Assembly (NCBI GenBank): GCA_004431415.1
Contig: QPMI01000470.1
Coordinates: 62,001-126,000 of the forward strand
DNA: 64,000 bases
Direction: 5' to 3'
Source of the DNA: Cyanophora paradoxa CCMP329
Taxonomy: Eukaryota; Plantae; Glaucophyta
In this document: positions 1-11,173 of the stretch, one piece after another
Layout: the number at the start of each line of letters is the position of its first letter
How positions within the stretch are numbered: position 1 is the stretch's first letter
The notes under the pieces: generated by a model
Databases searched by the model: none
What the model was told of the DNA's origin: nothing
The model's input: the letters and a program-made list of their open reading frames with translations, nothing else
Translations under genes and position numbers: made by a program

Positions 1-3000
1 GACAGAATCCCACCGGAAAGGATGCGGACGCGGAATCCGCCGATCGCGACGATGCGATCGCGAACGCGAGCGGTGCCCTCTCGCGGGAGGAGGCGGCGGG
101 CCGGCTGGCGGCTACCGCCGCGTCGGGCGAGAGCCTCGTGTACGGGCGGCGCGAGGCGAAGGCGCAGCTCGTGGAGCTGCTGGCGGCCGCCCGCTGCGGC
201 GAGTACCTCCGCGGCGGCGCCGCGAGCGGGCACACGCTCCTGGTCGAGGGCGGACGGGGCTCGGGGAAGAGCACGTTCGGTGAGCGCGCGCCCGATCGCG
301 AGTTTGAATTTCCTGAATTTCGAGCATCGCCCACCGCAGTGGCGGAGGCGGAGCGGCTGTGCGAGGTCATCGACCTCCCGTTCCTGAGCCTGCAGCCCGA
401 CCCCAAGGAGGTACTCTCGCTGTCAATGTCCCTTGCAGCCGACGCCGGCGCTGACGTCGACGTCATTGTCGGTTTCATTCCGCTTATACGAACTTCTATT
501 TGATTTTAATATTTAATTCACAAAGATTCTTATAAGACTTTTTCATTATTGGTATATGACCTAAGGATGGCAGATGCACCCGTACGAGGCCGTGCGGCTG
601 CTGCTGCGGGGGCTCATGCTGCCCGAGGGGCGGAGCCGGCTGCACTCGAGCGCCACCGAGCTCGAGGCGGCTGCGGTGAACGCCGGCGCCGGCGCGGGCC
701 ACTCGCGCACGCAAAGCGTCTCCGAGATCGCTGCGGAAGCCATGGCCAACGCCGACCGACGACGACGGGCGTCGACGTCGGCGGGAATTTCCATGGAAGC
801 ATGGCTCCAGTCCGCGGGGGAGGCGTCGGTCCCGCCCTCGCCGCAGGGTTCGAATTCCGCTGTCGCCGGCCCCGGCGGCGCCGGCGGCGCCGGCCCCGGC
901 CTTGGCAGCCCGCGGGCTTCGACCGGCTCGGAAACGCGCGCAGTGCGGATCCTCGGACGCAGTCCGAGCTCGGTGGGGAGCCCCAAGAGTCAGGGCCAGC
1001 AGCGCGGCACCGGCAGCCCCCGTACCTCGACGGAAATTCGGCTGTTTCCAGGGCGCAGCGCTAGCCCGGGCCGGGGTAGCCCGCGGCACGGGCTCGAGGC
1101 CCGCGGGGGCTTCTTCTTGAGCTCTTTGTCTCCAGCTGCCATGGCCGGCCGCGGCCTGCCCGGCGGCGATCGCGACCCGCGGCCCGTCGAGTTTGACACG
1201 GAGGACCAGTTGGGCGATTTCGAGCGCGAATGCGGCCCTTCCTCGCAATCCGACGGCAGGGGCATCGAATCGTGGCTGGAGCCGCCCTCGTGCCGCTCGG
1301 CGTCGGCGGAGTCGCCCGCAGGCAGCTCGCCCCGGCCGGCCGCGGGCCAGCCCCAGAGCCGCCGCGGGCCCGGGCCCCGCCTCTCGTCCTTCGGCGACGG
1401 CAAGCTATTTATAGACGCCCTCGAGTTTCTGAAGCGCGTGGACATGCCCCTCGCCACCGGACGAAACGCTCAGGCCCGCGAAAGTTTACTTGCGAAATCC
1501 GCAATCGCCTTCGTTTTCGCGCTAATTAATTTCGCAGGTGATCGTTCGGCTCCTGCGCGACGGTATTTTCTTCCCTTCCACAACGTCTGCGGAGGGCTCG
1601 AGCTCGCACTTTCCCCCTGGCCCCGGCTCGAATGCTTCCTCGTCGGCCGCCCGGCGCCGCCGCTCCCTAGCCGCCTACAGCGGCGCCGGCGTACCCTCCC
1701 CGGCCGGCAGCGAGAGGCGCGCCTCGGGCGACGCTCGCGCCGCCACCGCTGCGGGCCTCGTCGACTTCCAAATGGCCGACTCCTCGGAGGGGCACCGCGT
1801 TTTCTCGTTCCTCTGCCGCCTTCTCGAGGTGCTCACCTGCGCCTTGAGCCCACGCCCGCCGGTGCCTTGGAGTGAGCGGGGTGGTGCGCAGGGGGTGGCG
1901 CGGAGCTCCGGAGCGCTCGTCATCGTGGACGGTTAGCCCTGCGCGCGCTACGCGCGATCGCGACGTCGATCGCGACGCCCTGCGCCCGGCACTTTAAAAT
2001 TTGGCTCATCCGGAGCCCTCCCTCGCGGTCGGCCGCAGATTTCTGCGACCTCGACGCCGCCTCGCAGAAGTGCCTCGCCTTCGTCGCCCAGACCGGGTCC
2101 GCTGCCGCGAGCTCGCGAGCTCGAAGCTTTCATTTCCTTCGAGGCAGCCTTCGCTGAGCGCGGGCAGGCGGGTGTGCGTGCTGGCGACGTCGCGGAAGGT
2201 GCCGGCGAGCACCGTCTCCGTCGAGTTCAACATGCTGCGGCAGAGCCGCCAGACGCGCCGCGTCGAGCTCGCACCCTGGTCCTCCCTCGGTGCGCTTGAG
2301 CTTGAGCGAACCGCCTCCAGCTCCGCGCAGATTCCAGCCTTTCCGACCCGACCCGACCCGGCCCGCCCGCCCGCGCCGCAGACGACGTGGCGGGCTTCGT
2401 GAGCTTCGTGCTGCGGATCGAGAAGGAGAACCTCTCGCCCGTGCTGGCCAGGGCCCTCGCGGAGCGGACGGGCGGGGCGCCGCGCCCGCTCCGCGAGCTC
2501 GTCCTTTTCCTCGTCAAGACGGGCTTCATCGAGCTCGACAACGGCCGGGCGCTCGCCTCGGCCGCCCTGCTGAGAACCGGAACCGCCGCAACGGGCGCCG
2601 GCGCCGACACGGACCCGAATTCAAGTCGGCCTTCCTCGCGAAGCCATGATCAAACGCGACGCCACTCGGCCATCGTCTTCGAATTTCCATCGATTTCCAC
2701 GCCGTCATCTCTGTCGTCGATGTCGGCCGCGGCCGACGGGCCCGGATCCGGATCCGGAAGCGCTATCGCTAGCTACAGCGGCGCCGCCGGCATCGGGGCG
2801 CTGATCCTTCCGCTGGCGCCGCCGCCACCAGCGCTGAAGCCCGCCTCGGTCTCGTTCGGAGTGGGGTCGATCTTCCCTTCAAATTCAAAGGAGGCCGCGG
2901 CCACGGCGCACGCTCAGGGCGCCGGCGCCGGCGCCAGGCGCCGCTCGAGCCTGCGCGCGCTCTCGATCTCGGACAATGGCGCCGGTGCAACCGCCAGCGA

Positions 3001-6000
3001 CCTGTCCGGGCTCTCCATTGACTTGAAGGCCTTGCCCCTGCCCGACAGGTGCTTCATGATACCGAAAGCTTAAGTTCTCTAGAACTCCCCACATTAGATT
3101 CGACCCTGAAGCTTAAGCTAAGCTAATCTAAGCTAAACTAAGCTAAACTAAACTAAGCTAAGCTAAGCTAAGCTAAACTGAAGCTAAGCTAAGCTAAGCT
3201 AAACTAAGCTAACTTAGTAGAAGCTAAGCTAAGCTAAACTAAGCTAAACTAAGCTAAGCTAAGCTAAACTAAGCTAATCTAAGCTTAAGCTAAGCTATGC
3301 TTAAGCTGAGCGAGCCCCGCCGGCAGCCTCCTGCCGGCGTCGATCCTCTCCGAGCTGGAGCGGATCCCGACCGTCGCCGCCGACGCCCTCAAGCTCGCCT
3401 CCGTCCTCGTCCGTTGACGCGCCCCCTTCCGATCCGTTGACGACGGCGCGGCACTGATCCACGGCGGCATGCGCAGGGGCCGCGCTTCGAGGCCGGCCTC
3501 GCGCAGTACGCCCTAAACGGCGCCGTCGACTGGGGCACCATCGCCGACTGCCTCAAGGTAATCCCTTCCAGTTTTAGTTATTTGGTATGCTGATTTACAT
3601 AACAAAACAGGTGCTGGAACGGCACGGGGTGCTGGCCTGCGTGCAGATGCCCGATGGACTCTTTGAATACGGTGCGAAACTTGAAACATCCGAGCTCGAG
3701 CCGCAGAATTGGTTAACAAATTAAAAATCGAAGCTGACCGTTTTCGCACAACAGTGTTCACTGAGCCAGCCCATGGTTCGCGACTTGCCATCATGCTATC
3801 GATTATAATTAGCAGGCCTAGGCTCCAGCGCGTGCAATGATCTCTCTGCGTTGGCTGACACCGCGCGCCGTCGCTTTTCGCAGTGGAGGTGCTGCGGAAG
3901 ACGGCGGGCCCCTCCGAGGCGGCCCTCGTCGCCTGGCGAGCGGCCGAGTACCTCTGCCGCACCTCTGAGCACCGCGGCAAGGCCGATGCCGCGCAGGTCC
4001 GCGAGATAATATAGATATCGATCTAGTCCGGGCTGGCCATGGCCTCTATGGAATTAGCTAAGAGCTGAGCAGGTCGCTGGGTACTACGCCGCGGCGGGGG
4101 CTGCTTCGTTCGCGGAGCCGTACTGGGAGATCGCGGCGGAAGCGGCAGTCGAGGCCGGCCGCCCCGCCGAGGCCCTTGCGACGCTCCCCGCGGAGCGTGC
4201 TCCGCCCGCGGCCGCCGTGTCATTGAGGTCCCGTGGCGGAAATTTCTTGGCGCAAAGCGCGGCGGGCGCGGCGGGCGCGGCGGGCGCGGCGGGCGCGGGG
4301 GGCGGCGAGGCGCTCGGCGGGGCGCGGCGTCTCGAGCTCCGATCGCGCGCCCTCTTTGCCCTCGGACGCCTGGACGAAGCCCTCGAGGCGTGTACCCCCC
4401 TTCCACCCCCCCCCACGCCCCCGCCCGCCCCGCCCCGCCCCGCGCCGCCCAGTCTCCTGACGCCCCATGCCAGGCCGTCCAGGCGTGCTTTTTGCAGTTG
4501 GGGGTCAAGCTGCAGGGCAGGCGGCCCCTTGCACTCCCCGTCCTCCTTGCCGCCCTCTCCTCCTCCCGGCCCCCGGCGCCCGGCCCCAAATTGTGCGTCA
4601 TTTTGGCATAGCGCTGCTGTAGTATGCCCAGGCCTAACTTTCGCGGACGGGGCAGGGGCGCGCTCAACGCGGGCGCGCGGCACATGCCCAACTCTCTGCA
4701 GGCGGCGCTGCAGCGGGCGACGGAGGCGCCGCCCGAGCAGCGCCGCGCTGACATCCTCGTCGCCGCCCTGGGTAACTTAGTAATTACAGATTCGAATAAA
4801 ACAAGCTGCGGCCGATCCTAATTTTCGGTTCGCAGGAACCTACGTGTCCATCCTCGCCCACTGCGGCGACGCCGCCTCTGCCGCCGAGTCCGGTCCGCCC
4901 GCTCTGCTTTCGCCGCTTTCCGTCGAGTGAGTGAGCGGCCGGGCAGCGCTGGCGATGGTGCGGCTTACGCGGCAGTGGAGCCCCGACGCGGTTCGCGCGG
5001 ACGCCCTCGCCACCGCCGCCTCCGCCCTCTCCGTGCGCTCCGCGCGCGCCCCCGCCCCTAGGCCCACGCCCTGTTTATCTGTGCCACCGACGCGCGCGGC
5101 GGCAGCGGGCGCGGTTCGGGCGGCGGGCGACGGAGGCGCTCCTCGCGGGGGCGGCCCGCGCGGCGGCCGCCCTGCCCGCCGGCGAGCTCTCGGGGCCCCT
5201 CGCCGTCGCGCAGGTCCCCGCGCTCTCCCGCCCTGTCCTCGGACCGTTCTTAAAGCGCTAGCTTCGCGCTGTAAATTCACTTCGCGCTCAGGTGACATCG
5301 GCGGCGCTGAGCGGCGCGTTCGGCGCTGTCGACGCCTCCGCGCGGTCCCTCATCTCGCGGGTGCGCCCGATCTAAGCTCGTCGCGCTCGCTCACTTCTGA
5401 CCGCCTTATCTTCTTTCTCGTAATCGCGATCGCTTTCGAGCAGCTGCGGGCAGTGGGCAAGGATCCCGATGCGGGCGAGGTGGCGCTGGCGCACGCGCTG
5501 TCCCGCCTCCTCCGGGGCCAGACCGGCCCCGCCCGCGCCCTCTACAAGTCCCTCGTGTGCTCGACCCGCCCCCGGGCTTAAACCCCTCCAACCGCACGTT
5601 GCGAGCTCACCGGCCCTTCCATGTGCGCAGGAAGCGCACTCCATCGCATCCCAACACCCCCTACACCTGTCCGCACCCTTCGGATTCGATCGCGCGCCAT
5701 CCCGTGCGGCTGACTGTGCGGCCGGCAGCTTCTGGGCGCGCCTCGGCCGCGCGACTGCGGCCCTTCTCGAACAGTCCGCGGCCGGGCAGCCTGCAGTCGC
5801 CGCCTCGCCCCCGGCGCCGTGCACGTTCTCGTGCGGCCTCGCCCAACAGCTTTCGCGCACCTATGTTCCGCGCCGAACCGGTACCTGATTCGGTCCATCG
5901 TTTTTCGCAGCGACGAGTCGGGCCGTGGGACCGGCCGCGTAGCGGATCTGATCGACCAGGCGCTCCCGGCCGCCCCCCACCCGTACCTTTTCTCAGTCTG

Positions 6001-6886
6001 AGACCCCTTCTTCGCACGTTCGCAGGCGCGGACGACGTTCAGCGTCGAGGGCTTCCCGCTGGAGGCGCTCGCGCTGTCGGCCGCCGACGCCGCCTGCGCC
6101 CTCCGCGAGGGCCGCCTCCCGGTCCGATCCGGGGCCGCCGGCCAAGGGAATGCAAGGGCGGGGCGGGGCTGACGGGTTGCTGTTCAGGCGGCGGAGGAGG
6201 CGGCGCTGGCGGCGGCGGAGGCGCTGCAGCGGCACCGGCCGGCCGGCGGCGGCTTCGGTCCCGCGGCGGCGAGCCGGGCGACGGCGCTGCACCTCGCGCT
6301 GCTGCCGCTGCTCCTCGCGGGGGAGACCCTCGCCAACCTGCTCGAGCGGGGGTACACGGAGCAAATCGCGGAGATTTCCTTCCGCCGCTCCTCCAGCCGC
6401 CGCCGGCTCCTCCACGGCGGGTCCGTTCCAGCAGTGACGTCGACCGAGCATTTCTTTTCGTTTTTGATTCGATTCGCGCAGTCCGCTGCTGGCTTCGTTC
6501 GCGGACCGAAGCCGGCCGCCGGTGCGGGACTACGGGGAGACGGAGGCGGGCTGGCGGCGGCACCTGCGGGCCGCCCTCCGCGACCTCGTCGACGTGCTCC
6601 GCCCCGAGGCCGCCCGCTTCCCCGCCGCCGCCCCCGCCTACGAGCTCCTCGAGGCACCCGCCCGCGCCGCCCCCCGAGCCGCCGACTCGCTGGATCGCGT
6701 CGCTGACCGCGGGCCGGGCCCGGTCCCCCGCAGGGCCGCTGGCAGGCGCTCTCGGGCTCGCGCGGGGCGGCACTGCGGCTCTACCGGCGGGCGGCCGGCC
6801 TCGCGCGGGACGCGGGGGCCAGGCTCCTCGAGAATATGGCGGGGGCACGCATACTTCAGTCGACGGGGTCGGCAATTCTTATATAA
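1..6886 (+). CDS. Multi-exon STAND-class P-loop NTPase (AAA_16) with C-terminal TPR-like helices, soluble adenylyl cyclase (ADCY10)-like architecture; 5' part lies upstream of the window
   Basis: Exon at 138-280 reads YGRREAKAQL...TLLVEGGRGSGKSTF (Walker A). Also ALVIVD (Walker B, ~1915), LDAASQKCL, VCVLATSR, ALAERTGGAPRPLRELVLFL (STAND GxP motif, ~2450) and ILSELERIP..ALKLASVL (~3340). Last exon GRWQALSG...LLENMAGARILQSTGSAILI ends with TAA at 6884-6886. Exon structure only partly reconstructed. Confidence 0.7.
3108..3308. repeat. Intronic pentamer microsatellite (CTAAG/CTAAA)n
   Basis: About 200 bp of aagct/aaact units inside an intron of the STAND gene. Confidence 0.9.
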
Positions 6887-7089
6887 TTGTATAAAGCGCT
6901 CGAGCTCTCTATATAGCTAGATCTATCTTTCGACATTTCACATGCATTGCCATACATCTAGGTTTACTTTAAGTGTGCTTTTGTACTAGCTTTGTAATTT
7001 CTGCATCTATCTAATTCACCGAATGTGGAACCAGGTCTTCTTTAAACAGCTATTCTTTTTAATTACGTATACAGCATTAATCTTGCAGT

Positions 7090-7300
7090 GTTCTCAGTGC
7101 TTCAAACGATTTATATTATGTGAGTCGTTGCTCTGCAGCACATGTATTTTATTTGCAGCACACTCTAACTATATGATTACGTATACATCAGTGCTTCGAA
7201 CGCTTTATATTATGTGACACGTGGCTCTGCAGCACACTATACTCGTATTATATACGTATTTAATTTGCAGCATGCCGCAGTGCGCACACTCTAACTCGGA
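7090..7300. repeat. Diverged ~95-bp tandem duplication
   Basis: cagtgcttc.aacg.tttatattatgtga...gctctgcagcaca...cacactctaact occurs twice, at ~7095 and ~7189. Confidence 0.75.
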
Positions 7301-7493
7301 TATGTGGTGCTATTGTTGTAGTTCCGCAGCCAGCTGTTAGTTTGGTTAAGGATTTGCATTAGCACACAACAACAACTACTAGGAGTTTCACATCGCTCAG
7401 CTTATCTCTCCGACTAAATAACACTGGGGACCGTCGAGTGCTGTGCTCTGTCTACGATTGGTTACGAGGGTTTGCTTCTAAGTACCTACCTAC

Positions 7494-10112
7494 TTACACA
7501 ACCGGCCTAGTTATAATATCATCCGATGATCTATAACTAGGGCTAGATTTGGTAATGAAGGGAGAGAAGGTGAAGTAGAGGGGCTGAGTTGAGAGGGAGA
7601 AAGGGGAAGCTTGATGCGCACGCCGTCGGCCCCCATTGGAGCCGCCGACTCTGGCCGGATTACGCCGGCACGCCTCAGGGCACCAAATCCCCCCCCGCCT
7701 CCCTCCGCCTCCAGCCACCCCAGTCCTCACCCCGTCCCGTCCCCCCTTACCCACCGGTACCACTGGTTCATGAGTCCGCGGCGGAAACATTGAGGGACTG
7801 GCACTCAGCCAGCCATCGACGTCATACTGCCTTTGCAGCCTGTCAAGAGCAACTGACAGAAAGCCAATATGATTTGTCAACGGCACCCAAAGGAAGGTAG
7901 AATGGTTTGGTGGTGCCTTTTAAGGCAAAAGGAAGAAGCCATGCGGGAGCTACTAGTGCTGACCGAGGCAAGAAACTAGTGCGAGGGACTACTAGCCGAT
8001 CAGCAGGCAAATGGATGAGCAAATCAATGAGTGTGAAAACTACAAGAAAGAGAGCTCTGCAGTGCAAGATGCAAGAAGAGACGGCAAATCTAGTGCTGCT
8101 GGGCAGAGCTAAGGATGTACATGAGGGCCGCCTGCGCGCTGGCGTGGGAGAGAGCGATGGGGGCAGAGAGCATAATCTGAGAGGCATCGAATGGGAATCC
8201 TCCTGGGTACATGACTGGCTGCATAAAAGCCTGCTGGCCGGGCGCGCGCTGGCGGTGTGGGCCAGCGGCTCCCGGAGCTGCTACGCCGGGGTGGAAGGGG
8301 CCCGCCAGCCAGGGCGACTGGGCGGGAGCGTCGGCGGTGGGCGGCGCGCCCGCCCACGCGAACGATGGCGCCTGCTGGAAGAAGTGGGCGGGGGCGTTCG
8401 AGGCGGAGACCGCCTCCGCGTAGGAGGGCCGGGGGCGCTTCGAATTCGAATTCGAGCCCGCAGGTGTGAAGAACTCCTCGCGCGGGTCCGGATCCGGCTC
8501 GCTGGCCCCGCGCTTCGCACTCGCGCGGCCGGCGTTGCCGCCGCCGCTGCCACGCCCGCCGCCGCCCGCTGGCTCCGCGCCTCCGCTTGCCTGTCCGGCG
8601 CTGGGGTTGCCGGAGGCGTGATCGGGCAGGACTGAAAGCGGAGTTCGAAGATCTCGCTGAGCTCGCACAGCCTGGCGTGGCTTTCGTTCATGTCTGAATA
8701 TTAATATTCAGCAACTGAACAAGCTCACCGTTTGGCGAGCATCGGGTTTGCAATGGTGACGTAGAGTCTCGGCGGGTCCACCGCCATCTTGTGGCCTTTT
8801 ACGGCTCCTGTCGTGCCTGCGCGGCACTTGACAACGAAGCGCAGAATCATTGCATCAATCTGAATAGACGAGCCTCAGACAACCCAATCGTGGCCGCAAT
8901 CGGACCCAATCAATTACGGACCATGTCTTCGGACCAGAAAGTCAGTCCGTCCATGACGTGGGGCGGAGCTTCAATCGTTATGCAGCCCTGGTACGGGCAG
9001 TGCTCCCACAGCTTGGTGCCCGAGCCAGCACCGATTCCACGCTGGTCGAATGTCTGGGGCTCCCGAGTCAGCCGCGCGGCGGCGACATTATGCGCACACT
9101 GAGGACGGACCTCGAGGAGCATTGCCGTGCGCTCCTCCATCGGCACTATGGCGCTCCCGTCCCAGTCCGCGGTCTTGCCAGCGTACTTTGGCGGGACGAG
9201 CTCGTCCGGCTTGAAGTAGAGAACGACCTTGTCGTTCGGGCCCAAAGGCACTTCCACGTCCCCTTGCGAGGTAGTCAGCATAAGTACGCAAGTATCGCGG
9301 TCTTGCGCATTCATCTCAGCACCTGTACCGGCCGATGACTGGCCGGCAGCACTTGCAGATGGGCCTTCGGCGTCCTCGCCGCCCTCAGCGCCGCCCTCGG
9401 CGTACTCCTCATCTCCACCGTAGTCCTCAGCATCTTCGAGAACTTCTTCATCTCTCTGTTGGTCGATTAGCTCGGTTACGCACAGTGCCATCAGCTACTC
9501 TCACCAGCGGCTGTTCCGGAACTTCAGGAGGCGCCGGAGCTGTGGGATGGACCGGAGCCGCAGCTGCTGCTACCGGAGCAGGCGGCGCTGCAGCACCATG
9601 CGCTGGGGGCCGCGCCTGCGGGTTCTACGCGGAAGTCAATCCCACGATTGCAAGACCATCTTCCTAACAAGCGCACCGATGAGGCGGGCGCGGCCGGAGC
9701 AGGATGCTGAGGAGCGCGGGCCTTCGCCCCAGCCTTGATCTGCGGATCCGTTGGGATCAACTCTCCCGGGAATGCGTGGGTCCCACGCCAATGACCGCAC
9801 GCTCACCGATGCCGCCGGAGCGGTCGGCTTCGCAGTCTGCGCTGTTGCGGCATGCTTCGAGGCGCCGCCGGCTTCGCCCCGGCCGCAGCCGGAGCATGAT
9901 CAGATGGTGGCGTGAAGGGGAGCCGCCGACGCACTGGCGCCGGCGAGTGAATGCTTCCACTCGATGAGCTCTGCGAATGCCATTAAGCGTTCAGGCCGCG
10001 GGCACACACATCGCGCGTCGCGCGGCGAACTCGGAATGGCCGCAGAGAATTCAATTTTTGAATCGGCCATGCAATTCGCACGCGCACGATGGTTGCTGGA
10101 CGCAGGAATCAA
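7494..10112 (-). other. Degenerate, apparently intronless coding-like region of unknown identity (possibly a decayed retroelement ORF1 or a pseudogene)
   Basis: A chain of minus-strand ORFs (8910-9491 acidic then globular; 8090-8668; 7494-7886) broken by stops and frameshifts, with a pyrimidine-rich 3' part. No recognisable domain. Confidence 0.25.
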
Positions 10113-11173
10113 GAATGCAGGCTCCTGCGTCAGGCTGCGTGTCGGTCGCGCAGTTTTGAAAACATTTCCGCGGAGCAGCGGCGCGGCTCAAAGCAGGACA
10201 GGAAGAGGGGCTTCTGACACCGACAGCAAGGGGAAGAGGGGCTCCCGTAACGATCCAATGCGCCGGGGAGGCGATTCAAGCATTTTGGCCAAAAATTTAA
10301 ATTTTCGGCGCCAAAATTCCGCGCGCGCGGCCAGGGGGCCGCGCTGACATCCTACATGCACTAGCACCCCCTTTCTCCCCGCGTGGCGGCGCGCTAGCGT
10401 ACCTTTCCGGACCGCCTGCTCTTTTCCCGGGTACCGGAATCTCGTTCCGCAGCCAGCTGTCTCGTTTCATGAGGGTCGACTCGGCGATCGTACAAGGAAC
10501 TAGCATACTCTAGATCTGATTCGGAGTTGCACTGTGCATCATCGCAGCCCCTGGTCCGGTACTGCAGCTGGGGCAGCGCTAGCCTGGCAGTGGTCGACCT
10601 CAGGCTATAGCTAGGTACACAGACTTCATCGCTGCGTTTTAAATACAGCTGGCTTGTTTCAAGGACCAGCGTTTCTATAAATTCTGTGCATGTAGACGTT
10701 TGCGTAGTTTAATGTGCAGTTTATTAGCAAGCAATCCTTCAATTCCCGGGCCCAGACTCGCGATCGCGCCACAACCACAACATATATACGTACCCCCATG
10801 TGGCGGGGGGGCGGGGGCCGCCTGCTGCGAAGTTTCTTGCGACTCCTTCGGATCGACTTCTAGTCAACCGTCCGACGGTCGAACTCTCCACCCCGGGCCC
10901 ATCGCACGACGTTTAATTTAATGTTAATTGCGTTATTTTGCACGTTTGCACGGTTCCGGATCCCGGAGTCCGATGACCGAGGCCTGAATTCGAAGGGGGT
11001 TGCAAGGAGGAGGAAATCCGAGGCCCGATTTGAGAGAAAAAGAGGCAAGGGGATCGGAAGAAAGATCTAGATGGGGGAATTCGAAGAAAGAAAGAGCCCC
11101 TCCAATCCCCCCCTCCCTCGCCCTCTGTCAGTTACTTCCAATATATATGAACTTCCTCTAAACTTCGGTCATC

